The notes: generated from the sequence alone by a model not told the origin. A stretch of DNA of 64,000 nucleotides from the human T2T-CHM13v2.0 reference genome, Homo sapiens (GCA_009914755.4 CP068257.2:6496001-6560000), one strand, 5' to 3'. Positions 41,893 to 53,704 are shown, counted from the stretch's first letter. A program made the numbers and translations.

Positions 41893-44878
41893 ATGTCTGC
41901 ACCTAAGCACAGTAGGGACTTGTCTGGCTCTTCTTATGAACGGTCCCCCAGCCTGGACTCCCCAAGGTCCATGCGAGCCTCACCCAGCTTCTCCCTCTCC
42001 CCTCTCAGAAACTCAGGCTTAAGGGGAAGCTCCTCACCAGGGATCCGGAGCTACCATTCACCATCCCCTAGGGCTTCACCACACTCACCTCTGTCATCAC
42101 CAGAATCCCACAAGCTCCCATTTCCCTGTCCTCACCGTGATGGGCAATCAATGAAGCCATCGGGCTCTCCCGTGTCCTCCTCTGAGGATTCCTCAGAGTC
42201 CCCACGTTCATCAATAATATACCACATGTTCTCACTGCCATCACCCAGCAGCTCACCCCCAGCTCTCGGGGGGTCTCCTGTGTCTCCCAGCTACTCCCCA
42301 AACAACCCCAGATTTCAGCTGGAGACAGCCCCCCACACCCAGGAATCACCTACAAACTCACGAGCCTCACGGTGCTCCACCACTGTGTCTTTCATCTCTT
42401 CACCCCCAGTACTCAGGGACTCTCCTGTGGCTCCCAGTTACTCTCCAGCCATCCCCAGGTTCCTGCGGGAGTCAGCCCCATGCACCCAGGAGTCCCCCAG
42501 AGACTCACATGTCTCGGGATAATATGAGCGGTCCCCCAGCCCTGACTCCTCAAGATTCATGCCTGCCTCACCCAGCTTCTCCCTCTCCCCTCCCAGAAAC
42601 TCAGACCCAAGGGGCAGCTCCTCACCAGGGATGTGGAAGTACTCTACATCATCCCGCAGGGCTTCACCACTCTCACATCCATCATCAACAGAATTCCACA
42701 GCTTTACGTTTCCCTTTCCTAACCAAGCAGGACAGTCACTCATGTCATTGTGTTCTCCCGTGTCCTCCTCTGGAGATTCTTCACAGTCACCTCATTCATC
42801 AATAATATACCATATGTTCTTACTGCCATCATCCAGCAGCTCACCCCCAGCCACCCATGACTCTCCTGTCTGTCCCAGCTACTCTCCAACCATGCCCAGA
42901 TTTCAGCGGGAGTCTGTACCCCACACCCCAGAAACACCTACAAACTCACAGACCTCAGTGAGATCCTGGCCAGTCTCTCTCACGTCTTCACCCCAGGCCT
43001 TACGGACCCTCCAGTCTGTCCCAGCTACTCTCCAACCACGCCCACATTTCAGAGCGGGTCAGTTCCAGGAACCCAGGGATCACCGCCAAGCCCACCACTT
43101 TCACTGAGTTACTCCCCAGTCTCTAGCACGTCCTTATCTCCAACCCTCAGGGACTCGCCTGACTGTCCCAGCTACTCTCCAAACACGCCCACACTCCAGC
43201 GGGAGTCCGTTGCAGGCACCCAGAAATCACCACCAAACTCACCAATTTCACTGCATTACTCCCCAGTCTCTCTCATGTCTTCACCATCCCTCAGGGACTC
43301 TCCCGTCTGTCCCAGCTACTCTCCAACCACGCCCACATTGCAGCTAGAGTCAGTTCCAGGCACCCCGGAATCACCACCAAACTCACCAATTTCACTCAGT
43401 TACTCCTCAGTCTCTAGCACGTCCTTATCTCCAACCCTCAGGGACTCTCCTGTGTGTCCCAGCTACTCTCCAACCACGCCCACACTTCAGCGGAAGTCAG
43501 TTCCAGGCACCCAGGAATCACCACCAAACTCACAAATTTCACTCAGTTACTCCTCAGTCTCTAGCACGTCTTTATCTCCAACCCTCAGGGACTCTCCTGT
43601 CTGTCCCAGCTACTCTCCAACCACGCCCACATTTCAGCTGGAGTCAGTTCCAGGCACCCCGGAGTCACCACCAAACTCACCAGTTTCACTCAGTTACTCC
43701 CCGGTCTCTCTCATGTCTTCACCCCCAGCCCTCAGGGACTCTCCTGTGGGTCCCAGCTACTCTCCAACCATGCCCAGATTTCAGCGGGAGTCAGTTCCAG
43801 GCACCCAGGTATCACCTACAAACTCAGCAGTTTCACTGAGTTACTCCCCAGTGTCTCTCATGTCTTCACCCCCAGCGCTCTGGACTCTCCTGTCTGTCCC
43901 AGCTACTCTCCCACCACGCCCAGATTTCAGCGGGAGTCAGCCTCCCACACTCCAGAATCACCTACGGACTCACAGACTTCACTGAGGTCCTCCCCGGTCT
44001 CTCTCAGGTCTTTGCCCTCAGCCCACAGGGACTCTCGTGTCTCTTTCAGCTACTCTCAAAACTTCTCTAGGTTCCAGCTGGAGTCAGTTCCAGGCACCCA
44101 CGATACACCACCGAACTCACGAATTTCACTGACTTACTCCCCAGTCTCCCTCATGTTGTCACCCGCAGCCCTCAGGGACTCTTCTGTCTCTCTCAGCTAC
44201 TCTCCAACCATCTCCAGATTTCACCTGGAGTCAGCTTCCCGCACCCAGGAATCACCTACAAACTCACGGACCTTACTGCAACCCTCCCCCATTTCTTTCA
44301 CCTCTTCACCCCCTGCCTTCAGGGACTCTCCTGGGTCTCCCAGCTTCTCTCCAGCCTTCCCCAGATTTCTGCCACAGTCAGCCCCAGGCACCCAGGACAA
44401 CCCTAGACACTCACAGGCCTCACGACACTATCTCCGTATGACCTGTACCTATACAGGGATGGCTCCCACGCATCCCTCAGTGACCCCAAACCCATCTCCA
44501 CCTACACTCAGACACTCCCAGGGCCTGACAGCTACTCCCCGTTATTGTCCTTCAGTTCGAAGCCCTGGCCAATCTACTACCCCACATGACGCAGTTACCT
44601 GGCCATTACTCCACGGTTCCCATGAGTGCCCCACACCCAGCCGCACAAGAGCCCCTCCTGCATTCCGTCCTCACACGCAGGCCTGTCCATCTACTTGCTA
44701 CTGTCACACTCTTGCCAGCAGAAGAGGCCCCTGTCATGGCCGATATCACCACCCAGTCTATCCTCACCCCACAGCTGTGCAAAGGGTCCCTCCTGCTGGC
44801 CCACGTGGCTGCCACATCCCATGCTGGCACGACGCTCCAGCAGGTCGGCGTCCCTGCGGGACACACTACCGGTGACAT
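41893..44878 (+). pseudogene. Copy B of the S/P-rich repeat-protein gene, with only ~110 bp of proximal upstream sequence. It carries an in-frame TAA at 42520–42522 and a 1-bp deletion near 43880
   Basis: ORFs 41893–42522 (MSAPKHSRDLSGSSYERSPSLDSPRSM…DSHVSG*), 42559–43107 in the same frame, 43275–43985, and 44012–44875 in a shifted frame. Nearly identical to copy C. GAA in copy A (…VSGEYERSP) is TAA here. ctggGactc in copy A is ctggactc here. Confidence 0.7.
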
Positions 44879-45469
44879 GGCTAGCATCACCCTCCTTCCT
44901 GGCAGTGACACTGTTGATGTGAACCCCAGTTTCACATCTGTCATTTGTAAATAGGACCATTTTCCCTTTTCGCTCTCCCTTCCATTCACAGGGCTTTTCA
45001 TTCTCTCTGTTTCTACCTCCGTTTCAGATATTTACTCACCTTTTTCTCTCTCACTATGTCTGCCGTGGTCTCCATGAGAGTGCGCCACATAAGATTCCTC
45101 CATTAAAAGTCATGAATTGAGTGGCTTTTACTATACCTGTGGTTGTGCACATTCAATTTTAATTCGCAATCCATTGTAGAACGTCTTGTCACCCCCGACC
45201 AGAGAAAATCCCTGTAGACATTAGTCACTCCTCATTCTCTCTCAAACCCTCTCCCTGACCCTTAGCCCTAGGTAGCAACTACCTAGTGCGATCAACCCCA
45301 TATGCACAGATTTCCATATTGTGGGCATTTCCTACAAACGGAATTGCACAATAGGTGAGCTGTTATGACTGACATAACACGTAGCACAATATTTTCAAGA
45401 TTCATCCACATTGTAGGCTTACCCACAGGGGAAACCATTTTGTGGGGGGTTTTAGTAACACCGGGTGTT

Positions 45470-45545
45470 TTCTCCTTCTTTTCTTCCTTCTTTCCTTCCT
45501 TCCTTCCTTCCTTCCTTCCTTCCTTCCTTCCTTCCGTCCTTCCTC
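45470..45545. repeat. (CCTT)n microsatellite
   Basis: ccttctttccttccttccttccttccttccttccttccttccttccgtccttcc. Confidence 0.95.
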
Positions 45546-46224
45546 CTATTTCTCTCTTACTCCTTCTGCCCTCTCTCTTTCATTTGCCTTAGGTGCATCC
45601 CACATTCTGCGTTTTTTTGGGGAAATCCTCAACAGGTGCAGGAAAATTGTGTTATTTTAACTATTTACCGCTATCTCCCTTTCACGGCTCTCCATCAGTT
45701 GTGAACATCTATTGGTTTATCCCAAGTCACTAAGCATATTTTTATTAGGTACACCTGTTTTTCCTTATACAGCTGTTTCTGGTGTATAGGGTCGCATACT
45801 CATAAAACCAGTGTACCTGAGAAACGCATCTAATATTCCAATAAACCCATCATAACGTTGAAAAATTATGAATCAAACCATCATAAATCACGGTTTGTCC
45901 GTGGATATGGTTGTCATCCATTCCATTGTATTCAGTAATGCTGTACACCATTAACAATGGCAGACTGATTGGGAGTGGATATTGATAGCATTATAAAAGT
46001 CAGTTATTAGAGGGATACTTCTTTAACCTGACTGAAGAAGTGATCTAATGGCTTAAGTACAGTGCATGATTATGTGAGATGTTTTGAGACAGAGTGGTAC
46101 ATTTGTGAATGAAATTTTATGGCTTTTTTTCACTTAGTAGGAAGCATTGTGTGTGGAAAAGTGAGAAAATTGCTTTCTGCTGTAGAGTCTGGCATTCATT
46201 GTAGATTTAAGCTTATTTTTCTGT

Positions 46225-46556
46225 GAGCAAATCTTATTCAATAAAATACTACTCTTTACACTAAAAAACAAAAACAGTGGTGATGTGTGGTCATTATCCT
46301 CAGCAAAGTAATCCAGGGAAAGAAAACCAAACGCCACATTCTCACTTATAATGGGAGCTGAAAAATGAGATCACATGGACACTGGAAGGGGAACAACACA
46401 CACTGGGGCCTTTCGGGAGGCAGAGCGTTAAGAAAAACAGCTACTGCATGCTGGGCTTAATACCTAGGTGATGGGTTGACAGGTGCAGCAAACCACCATG
46501 GCCCACGTTTACCTTAGTAACAAATCTGCACATCCTGCACATATACCCCAGAACTT
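46225..46556 (+). mobile_element. L1 3'-terminal fragment (mirror copy of 41141–41470)
   Basis: …aaaaccaaacgccacattctcacttataatgggagctgaaaaatgagatcacatggacactggaaggggaacaacacacactggggcctttcgggaggcagagcgttaag…ggtgcagcaaaccaccatggcccacgtttaccttagtaacaaatctgcacatcctgcacatataccccagaac. Confidence 0.8.
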
Positions 46557-47811
46557 AGAAACGAAACGAAACAAAAGAAAACGAAAAAGCAATAGCAAAA
46601 CGCTAAAGGCAAAATAAAGTTTCCAACTCAGAAAGTGACAGACCATTGTTTGGTTCAAATCATGGTTCTCAGCCCAGGTGCCATAAGGTCAGGATAAAGA
46701 ATTTGATTACATATTGTAAATAAGACATGCAGCAAATGACCAGAAAGATTATTCTCAACATATGTGTGTCTTCTAATTCAATGGTGACGCTATCTACCGG
46801 GACATAGCATTAGATTCCAAAGGGCCGAGTCCCGCCAGACAGGCCTCCCACACTCATAACAACGGGAAGCCCTACGTTGTTTTACCTGTGCTTCTCAGCA
46901 ACTGGCTATAAATCAGGTTGCCACCACTCCCAGATTTAGTTGCATTCATTGGCTGGAAGAGCTCACAGCACGCAGGGAAACACTTACATTTGCCATTGTA
47001 TTTTAGCGGACATTGCAAAAAGTTCAGAAATAAATGTGGGGCCCGGCATGTGGGGAGGGGCGCACTGCCTTCCAGGAAGTGTTATCCAGAAGCTCTCTGA
47101 ACCCAGTCCTTTTGGGTTTTTATGGAGACCTCATTCTATAGGCATGATGGGTTAAACCATAGGCTATTGGTGATCAACTCCACCTGAGGCTCTCAACCCT
47201 CCATGGAAATTGGGGTTGAGGCTTTGCCATTCTCAGTCTGACTAAAAGAAGTTACCCAAACGGAATTTTAAAACAGATGAGCATAACTGGACTCTTAATT
47301 AGATGATTGGATTATCTGGACACACACCTTGATATTCCAAACCGGAGCACCCTCATGCAACGAATGCTCCACCCAACTGGCTCCCAAGTCTCCACGTGGT
47401 TCCAGAGCAAAAGAATGTTTATACAACGCATATCTCTACTTTTTCTTCAAAGTCTTTTCGCTTACACGGAAAGACTTCTTAAACTGCCATGCATCAGGGT
47501 CAGGGGGAGGTCTTGTTGCAACACACATCTGTGGATGTCCGGGATTTGATTGTGGCAAGGATGCTGCTGGTGTCGCAACCACAACGTGGGAACCACAGAA
47601 CCACTGGTTGGTTTTCAGTGTTTCAGTGCATACAATTCCTAATATATCTGGCCAAGAAAACTTGGAAGTTCTTAGATTGTCCCAAAGGTGGCGCATGAAA
47701 TCAAAGCAGGAGAACAGATTCCTACGAGGTGTAGCCTGGGAAAGTTGGGGGTGACTGATGGAAAGGAGGAGTGAAGCTCCGCCCTTTCCGCTGCTAGGCT
47801 GCGCCCGAGGC

Positions 47812-47819
47812 TATTTAAA
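47812..47819 (+). promoter_or_regulatory. TATA box (TATTTAAA) ~350 bp upstream of the ATG of copy C
   Basis: cgcccgaggctatttaaacccaccctggctggcctgtactcagatcttcgcggagcggatcagcggccggagcg…. Confidence 0.45.
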
Positions 47820-47959
47820 CCCACCCTGGCTGGCCTGTACTCAGATCTTCGCGGAGCGGATCAGCGGCCGGAGCGTTTGGCGGACTCTGCGTGGACTTGG
47901 AGCTCACGGCGTCTTACGACTTGGAAGCGGATTCAGAGGACAGGACAGAACACTTGGGC

Positions 47960-48112
47960 AAGTGAATCTCTGTCTGTCTGTGTGTCTGTCTGTGTGTCTG
48001 TGTCATTGGTTGGTTGATTTCCATTTTCTTAAGGGGCACATACCTCACACCGCACACACAGAAACACACACATGCACACACACACACACGCACACACACG
48101 CACACACACTCC
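47960..48112. repeat. (GTCT)n and (CA)n microsatellites in the putative 5'UTR of copy C
   Basis: tctgtctgtctgtgtgtctgtctgtgtgtctgtgtc … cacacacatgcacacacacacacacgcacacacacgcacacacac. Confidence 0.9.
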
Positions 48113-48170
48113 TTCCTTCTGCGAGTTAGAAAATTAGTAGGGGCCCCTGGGAGCTGCAGGTTTCCTAATC

Positions 48171-51157
48171 ATGTCTGCCCCTAAGAACAGTAGGGACTTG
48201 TCTGGCTCTTCTTATGAACGGTCCCCCAGCCTGGACTCCCCAAGGTCCATGCGAGCCTCAGCCAGCTTCTCCCTCTCCCCTCTCAGAAACTCAGGCTTAA
48301 GGGGAAGCTCCTCACCAGGGATCCGGAGCTACCATTCACCATCCCCTAGGGCTTCACCACACTCACCTCTGTCATCACCAGAATCCCACAAGCTCCCATT
48401 TCCCTGTCCTCACCGTGACGGGCAATCAATGAAGCCATCGGGCTCTCCCGTGTCCTCCTCTGAGGATTCCTCAGAGTCCCCACGTTCATCAATAATATAC
48501 CACATGTTCTCACTGCCATCACCCAGCAGCTCACCCCCAGCTCTCGGGGGGTCTCCTGTGTCTCCCAGCTACTCCCCAAACAACCCCAGATTTAAGCTGG
48601 AGTCAGCCCCCCACACCCAGGAATCACCTACAAACTCACGAGCCTCACGGTGCTCCACCACTGTGTCTTTCATCTCTTCACCCCCAGTACTCAGGGACTC
48701 TCCTGTGGCTCCCAGTTACTCTCCAGCCATCCCCAGGTTCCTGCGGGAGTCAGCCCCATGCACCCAGGAGTCCCCCAGAGACTCACATGTCTCGGGATAA
48801 TATGAGCGGTCCCCCAGCCCTGACTCCTCAAGATTCATGCCTGCCTCACCCAGCTTCTCCCTCTCCCATCCCAGAAACTCAGACCCAAGGGGTAGCTCCT
48901 CACCAGGGATGTGGAAGTACTCTACATCATCCCGCAGGGCTTCACCACTCTCACATCCATCATCAACAGAATTCCACAGCTTTACGTTTCCCTTTCCTAA
49001 CCAAGCAGGACAGTCACTCATGTCATTGTGTTCTCCCGTGTCCTCCTCTGGAGATTCTTCACAGTCACCTCATTCATCAATAATATACCATATGTTCTTA
49101 CTGCCATCATCCAGCAGCTCACCCCCAGCCACCCATGACTCTCCTGTCTGTCCCAGCTACTCTCCAACCATGCCCAGATTTCAGCGGGAGTCTGTACCCC
49201 ACACCCCAGAAACACCTACAAACTCACAGACCTCAGTGAGATCCTGGCCAGTCTCTCTCACGTCTTCACCCCCAGCCCTTACGGACCCTCCAGTCTGTCC
49301 CAGCTACTCTCCAACCACGCCCACATTTCAGCGCGGGTCAGTTCCAGGAACCCAGGGATCACCGCCAAGCCCACCACTTTCACTGAGTTACTCCCCAGTC
49401 TCTAGCACGTCTTTATCTCCAACCCTCAGGGAATCGCCTGACTGTCCCAGCTACTCTCCAAACACGCCCACACTTCAGCGGGAGTCCGTTGCAGGCCCCC
49501 AGAAATCACCACCAAACTCACCAATTTCACTGCGTTACTCCCCAGTCTCTCTCATGTCTTCACCATCCCTCAGGGACTCTCCCGTCTGTCCCAGCTACTC
49601 TCCAACCACGCCCACATTGCAGCTGGAGTCAGTTCCAGGCACCCCGGAATCACCACCAAACTCACCAATTTCACTCAGTTACTCCTCAGTCTCTAGCATG
49701 TCTTTATCTCCAACCCTCAGGGACTCTCTTGTGTGTCCCAGCTACTCTCCAACCACGCCCACACTTCAGCGGGAGTCAGTTCCAGGCACCCAGGAATCAC
49801 CACCAAACTCACCAATTTCACTCAATTACTCCTCAGTCTCTAGCACGTCTTTATCTCCAACCCTCAGGGACTCTCCTGTCTGTCCCAGCTACTCTCCAAC
49901 CACGCCCACATTTCAGCTGGAATCAGTTCCAGGCACCCCGGAGTCACCACCAAACTCACCAGTTTCACTCAGTTACTCCCCGGTCTCTCTCATGTCTTCA
50001 CCCCCAGCCCTCAGGGACTCTCCTGTGGGTCCCAGCTACTCTCCAACCATGCCCAGATTTCAGCGGGAGTCAGTTCCAGGCACCCAGGTATCACCTACAA
50101 ACTCAGCAGTTTCACTGAGTTACTCCCCAGTGTCTCTCATGTCTTCACCCCCAGCGCTCTGGACTCTCCTGTCTGTCCCAGCTACTCTCCCACCACGCCC
50201 AGATTTCAGCGGGAGTCAGCCTCCCACACTCCAGAATCACCTACGGACTCACAGACTTCACTGAGGTCCTCCCTGGTCTCTCTCAGGTCTTTGCCCTCAG
50301 CCCACAGGGACTCTCGTGTCTCTTTCAGCTACTCTCAAAACTTCTCTAGATTGCAGCTGGAGTCAGTTCCAGGCACCCACGATACACCACCGAACTCACG
50401 AATTTCACTGACTTACTCCCCAGTCTCCCTCATGTTCTCACCCCCAGCCCTCAGGGACTCTTCTGTCTCTCTCAGCTACTCTCCAACCATCTCCAGATTT
50501 CACCTGGAGTCAGCTTCCCGCACCCAGGAATCACCTACAAACTCACGGACCTTACTGCAACCCTCCCCCATTTCTTTCACCTCTTCACCCCCTGCCTTCA
50601 GGGACTCTCCTGGGTCTCCCAGCTTCTCTCCAGCCTTCCCCAGATTTCTGCCACAGTCAGCCCCAGGCACCCAGGACAACCCTAGACACTCACAGGCCTC
50701 ACGACACTATCTCCCTTTGACCTGTACCTGTACAGGGATGGCTCCCACGCATCCCTCAGTGACCCCAAACCCATCTCCACCTACACTCAGACACTCCCAG
50801 GGCCTGACAGCTACTCCCCGTTATTGTCCTTCAGTTCGAAGCCCTGGCCAATCTACTACCCCACATGACGCAGTTACCTGGCCATTACTCCACGGTTCCC
50901 GTGAGGGCCCCACACCCAGCCGCACAAGAGCCCCTCCTGCATTCCGTCCTCACACGCAGTCCTGTCCATCTACTTGCTACTGTCACACTCTTGCCAGCAG
51001 AAGAGGCCCCTGTCATGGCCGATATCACCACCCAGTCTATCCTCACCCCACAGCTGTGCAACGGGACCCTCCTGCTGGCCCACGTGGCTGCCACATCCCA
51101 TGCTGGCACGACACTCCAGCAGGTCGGCGTCCCTGCGGGACACACTACCGGTGACAT
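48171..51157 (+). pseudogene. Copy C of the S/P-rich repeat-protein gene: complete upstream module and complete 3' region, but with the same TAA nonsense (48798–48800) and 1-bp deletion (~50160) as copy B
   Basis: ORFs 48171–48800 (…DSHVSG*), 48837–50264 in the same frame (475 aa with eight 40-aa repeats), and 50291–51154 in a shifted frame (MPSAHRDSRVSFSYSQNFSRLQLESVPGTHDTPPNSRISLTYSPVSLMFSPPALRDSSVSLSYSPTISRFHLES…, still repeat-like, then a unique C-terminal region). Confidence 0.7.
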
Positions 51158-51529
51158 GGCTAGCATCACCCTCCTTCCTGGCAGTGACACTGTTGATGTG
51201 AACCCCAGTTTCACATCTGTCATTTGTAAATAGTACCATTTTCCCTTTTCGCTCTCCCTTCCATTCACAGGGCTTTTCATTCTCTCTGTTTCTGCCTCCG
51301 TTTCAGATATTTACTCACCTTTTTCTCTCTCACTATGTCTGCCGTGGTCTCCATGAGAGTGCGCCACATAAGATTCCCCCATTAAAAGTCATGAATTGAG
51401 TGGCTTTTAGTATACCTGTGGTTGTGCAATTTCAATTTTAATTCGCAATCCATTGTAGAACGTCTTGTCACCCCCGACCAGAGAAAAACCCTGTAGACAT
51501 TAGTCACTCCTCATTCTGTTTCAAACCCT

Positions 51530-53700
51530 CAGGGCCTGATGGGAAGGCACTTTCGTCTGTGGGTGACCCATGCCCTGCTTCTCCTTTGCACGGTTTCTTT
51601 TTTTTTTGCTACGATAGATGCCTTTCCTCTCCTTCCTCAAATCTCACCTTCCCTTCATGTGGCTTCTGTCTGCCTTGGGGTACACCTAGCGGCCCGATTT
51701 GCACTGTGGGATCGAACCAGGGACTCCAGGGTCCCTGAGGCCCAGCACAAGGCCTGATGGGAAGACACTTTCGTCCATGTGGAGGACCCAGTCCCCGCTT
51801 CTCTGTGGCTGGGTTTTTTTTTCTCTGCCCCAGGTGCCTCACCTTCCCCTCTTGTGCCTTCTGCAAGCTTTGGGGTACCCCTAGCGGCCCAAGGCACACC
51901 CTGGGCTCGAACCATGGAAGCCAGGTTCCACAGGGTCAAGCGCAGTGGCTGATGATAAGACACGTTCTTCCTCGGGGACCCCGGCTCTGCTTCTCTGTTG
52001 CGTTTTTTTTTCTTTTCTTTTCCACAGGTGCCTCACTTTCCTGTCATGGGCTTTCTGCCCGCCTTGAGGTACCCCTATCCGGCCCGAGGCGCACCCTTGT
52101 TTTGAGCCAGGGATGCTAGGGTCTCCGGGGCCCAGTGTAGGGCTTATGGGTAGGGACGTTCGTCCATGGGGAACCCAGGCCCCACTTCTGGGTGGCGCAG
52201 TTTTTTATTTTGTTCTCTGCCCCAGGTGTCTCACCTTTCCCTCATGGGCCTTCTGTCTGTCTTGGGGTACCCCTAGCGGCCTGAATCGCACCCTGGTCTC
52301 GAACCAGGAATGCCAGGGTCCCCTGTGCCCAGCGCAAGGGCTTATGGGAAGACACTTTCGTCCGTTGGGGACCCAGGCTCCGCTTCTCCGTGGTGCAGTT
52401 TTTTTTTTTCTGCCACAGGTGCCTCACCTCTCCTTCCTCAAACCTCAACTGCCCCTCATGGGATTTTAGCCCCCCTTGTGGTACCCCTAGCAGGCCCGAG
52501 GCGCACCCGGGGCTTGAACCGGGGTCTCCAGCGTCCACGGTGCCCAGCTCAGGGACTGATGGGAAGGCACTTTTTTTCCATGGGAGACCCAGGCCCCACT
52601 TTTCCGTGGCTCGGTTTCTTTTTCTTTTCTGCCACAAGTGCCTCACCTCTCCTCCCTCACAGCTCACCTTCCTCTCATGGGCTTTCCACCGCGTTGGGGT
52701 ATCCCTAGTGGCCCGAGACTCTCCATGAGCTCCAACCAGGGACTCTAGGTTCCCCGGGGCCCAGCGCAGGGGCTGATGGGAAGGCACTTTCATCCGTGGG
52801 GTACCCAGGCCCCACCTCTCCGCGGTGCGGGTTTCTTTTTTTTCTTTTTCTGTGACAGGTTCCTCACTTCTCCTCCCTCAAAACTCACCTTCCCCTCACG
52901 GGTTTTGTGTCCCCAAAGCCCCCTTGGGGTGCACTTAGTGGCCGAGGCACACCCTGAGCTCGAACGAGGGACACCAGGGTCCTTGGGTCCCAGTGCAGGG
53001 ACTGATGGGAAGACACTTTCGTCTGTGGGGCACGCAGGCCGTGTTTCTCCGTGGTGAAGTTTTTTTTTCTCTGCCCTAGGTGCCTCACCTCCCCCTTAGG
53101 GGCTTTCTGCCCACCTTGGGTACCCCTACTGTCCCGAGGCGTACCTCAGGGTCAAACCAGGGACGCCAGGGTCCCCAGGGCCCAGCGAAGGGGCTGATGG
53201 GATGGCACTTTCATCCGTGGGGGACCCAGGCACTGCTTCTCGGCTGAGCATTTTTTTTTCTCTGCCTCAGGTGCCTCACCTTCCCCTCATGGACCTTTTC
53301 TTTGCTTTGTGGTACCCCAAGCTGTCCCGAGGCACACCCTGGGCTCGAACCAGGGTCGCCAGGGTCCACCAGGCCCAGCATAGGGCCTGATGGGAAGGCA
53401 CTTTCATCCGTGGGGGACCCAAGCCCCGCTTCTCTGAGACGCGGTCCTCTTTTTTTATTTTTTCTGCCCCTGGTGCCTCACCTCTCCTCCCACAAACTTC
53501 AACTTCCACTCACGGGCCTTCTGTCCAAGTTGGGGTACCCCTAGTCGCCTGAGGCACACCCCGGGTGTGAACCAGGGATGCCAGAGTCCCTGGGGCCCAG
53601 CGCAAGGTCTGATGGGAAAAAACTCTCGTCCCTGGATGACCCAGACACTGCTTCACGGCGCATTTTTTTTTCTTCTTTGCCCCAGGTGTCTCACCTTCCC
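51530..53700 (+). repeat. Subtelomere-type tandem repeat, ~200–220-bp unit × ~11 (TAR1-like), GC-rich with T-runs
   Basis: Recurring unit …cctgatgggaag(g/a)cactttcgtc(c/t)gtgggg(a/t)acccaggccc…cttctc…tttttttt…ctgcc(c/a)caggtgcctcacct(t/c)cc…tcatgggc…cttggggtacccctag(c/t)ggcc(c/t)gaggc(a/g)caccctgggctcgaaccaggga…cagggtcc…ggcccagcgcaagg, with starts near 51540, 51755, 51945, 52142, 52342, 52556, 52773, 53003, 53195, 53387 and 53610. Confidence 0.8.
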
Positions 53701-53704
53701 CTCA

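Larger units (their letters stand above)
45901..50215 (+). repeat. Arm 2 of the ~4.3-kb inverted repeat (upstream module plus the gene 5' 2 kb)
   Basis: See arm 1. ORF pairs such as 46918–47155 / 40540–40777 and 47758–48129 / 39542–39937 have near-identical translations on opposite strands. Confidence 0.85.

Noticed and set aside
44586-45001. Cluster of overlapping ORFs on both strands at the 3' ends of gene copies B and C (44586–45001 and 50865–51280)
   Set aside because: They lie in the frameshifted 3' region of the pseudogene copies. The multiple open frames reflect GC-rich, recently duplicated sequence and not separate genes.
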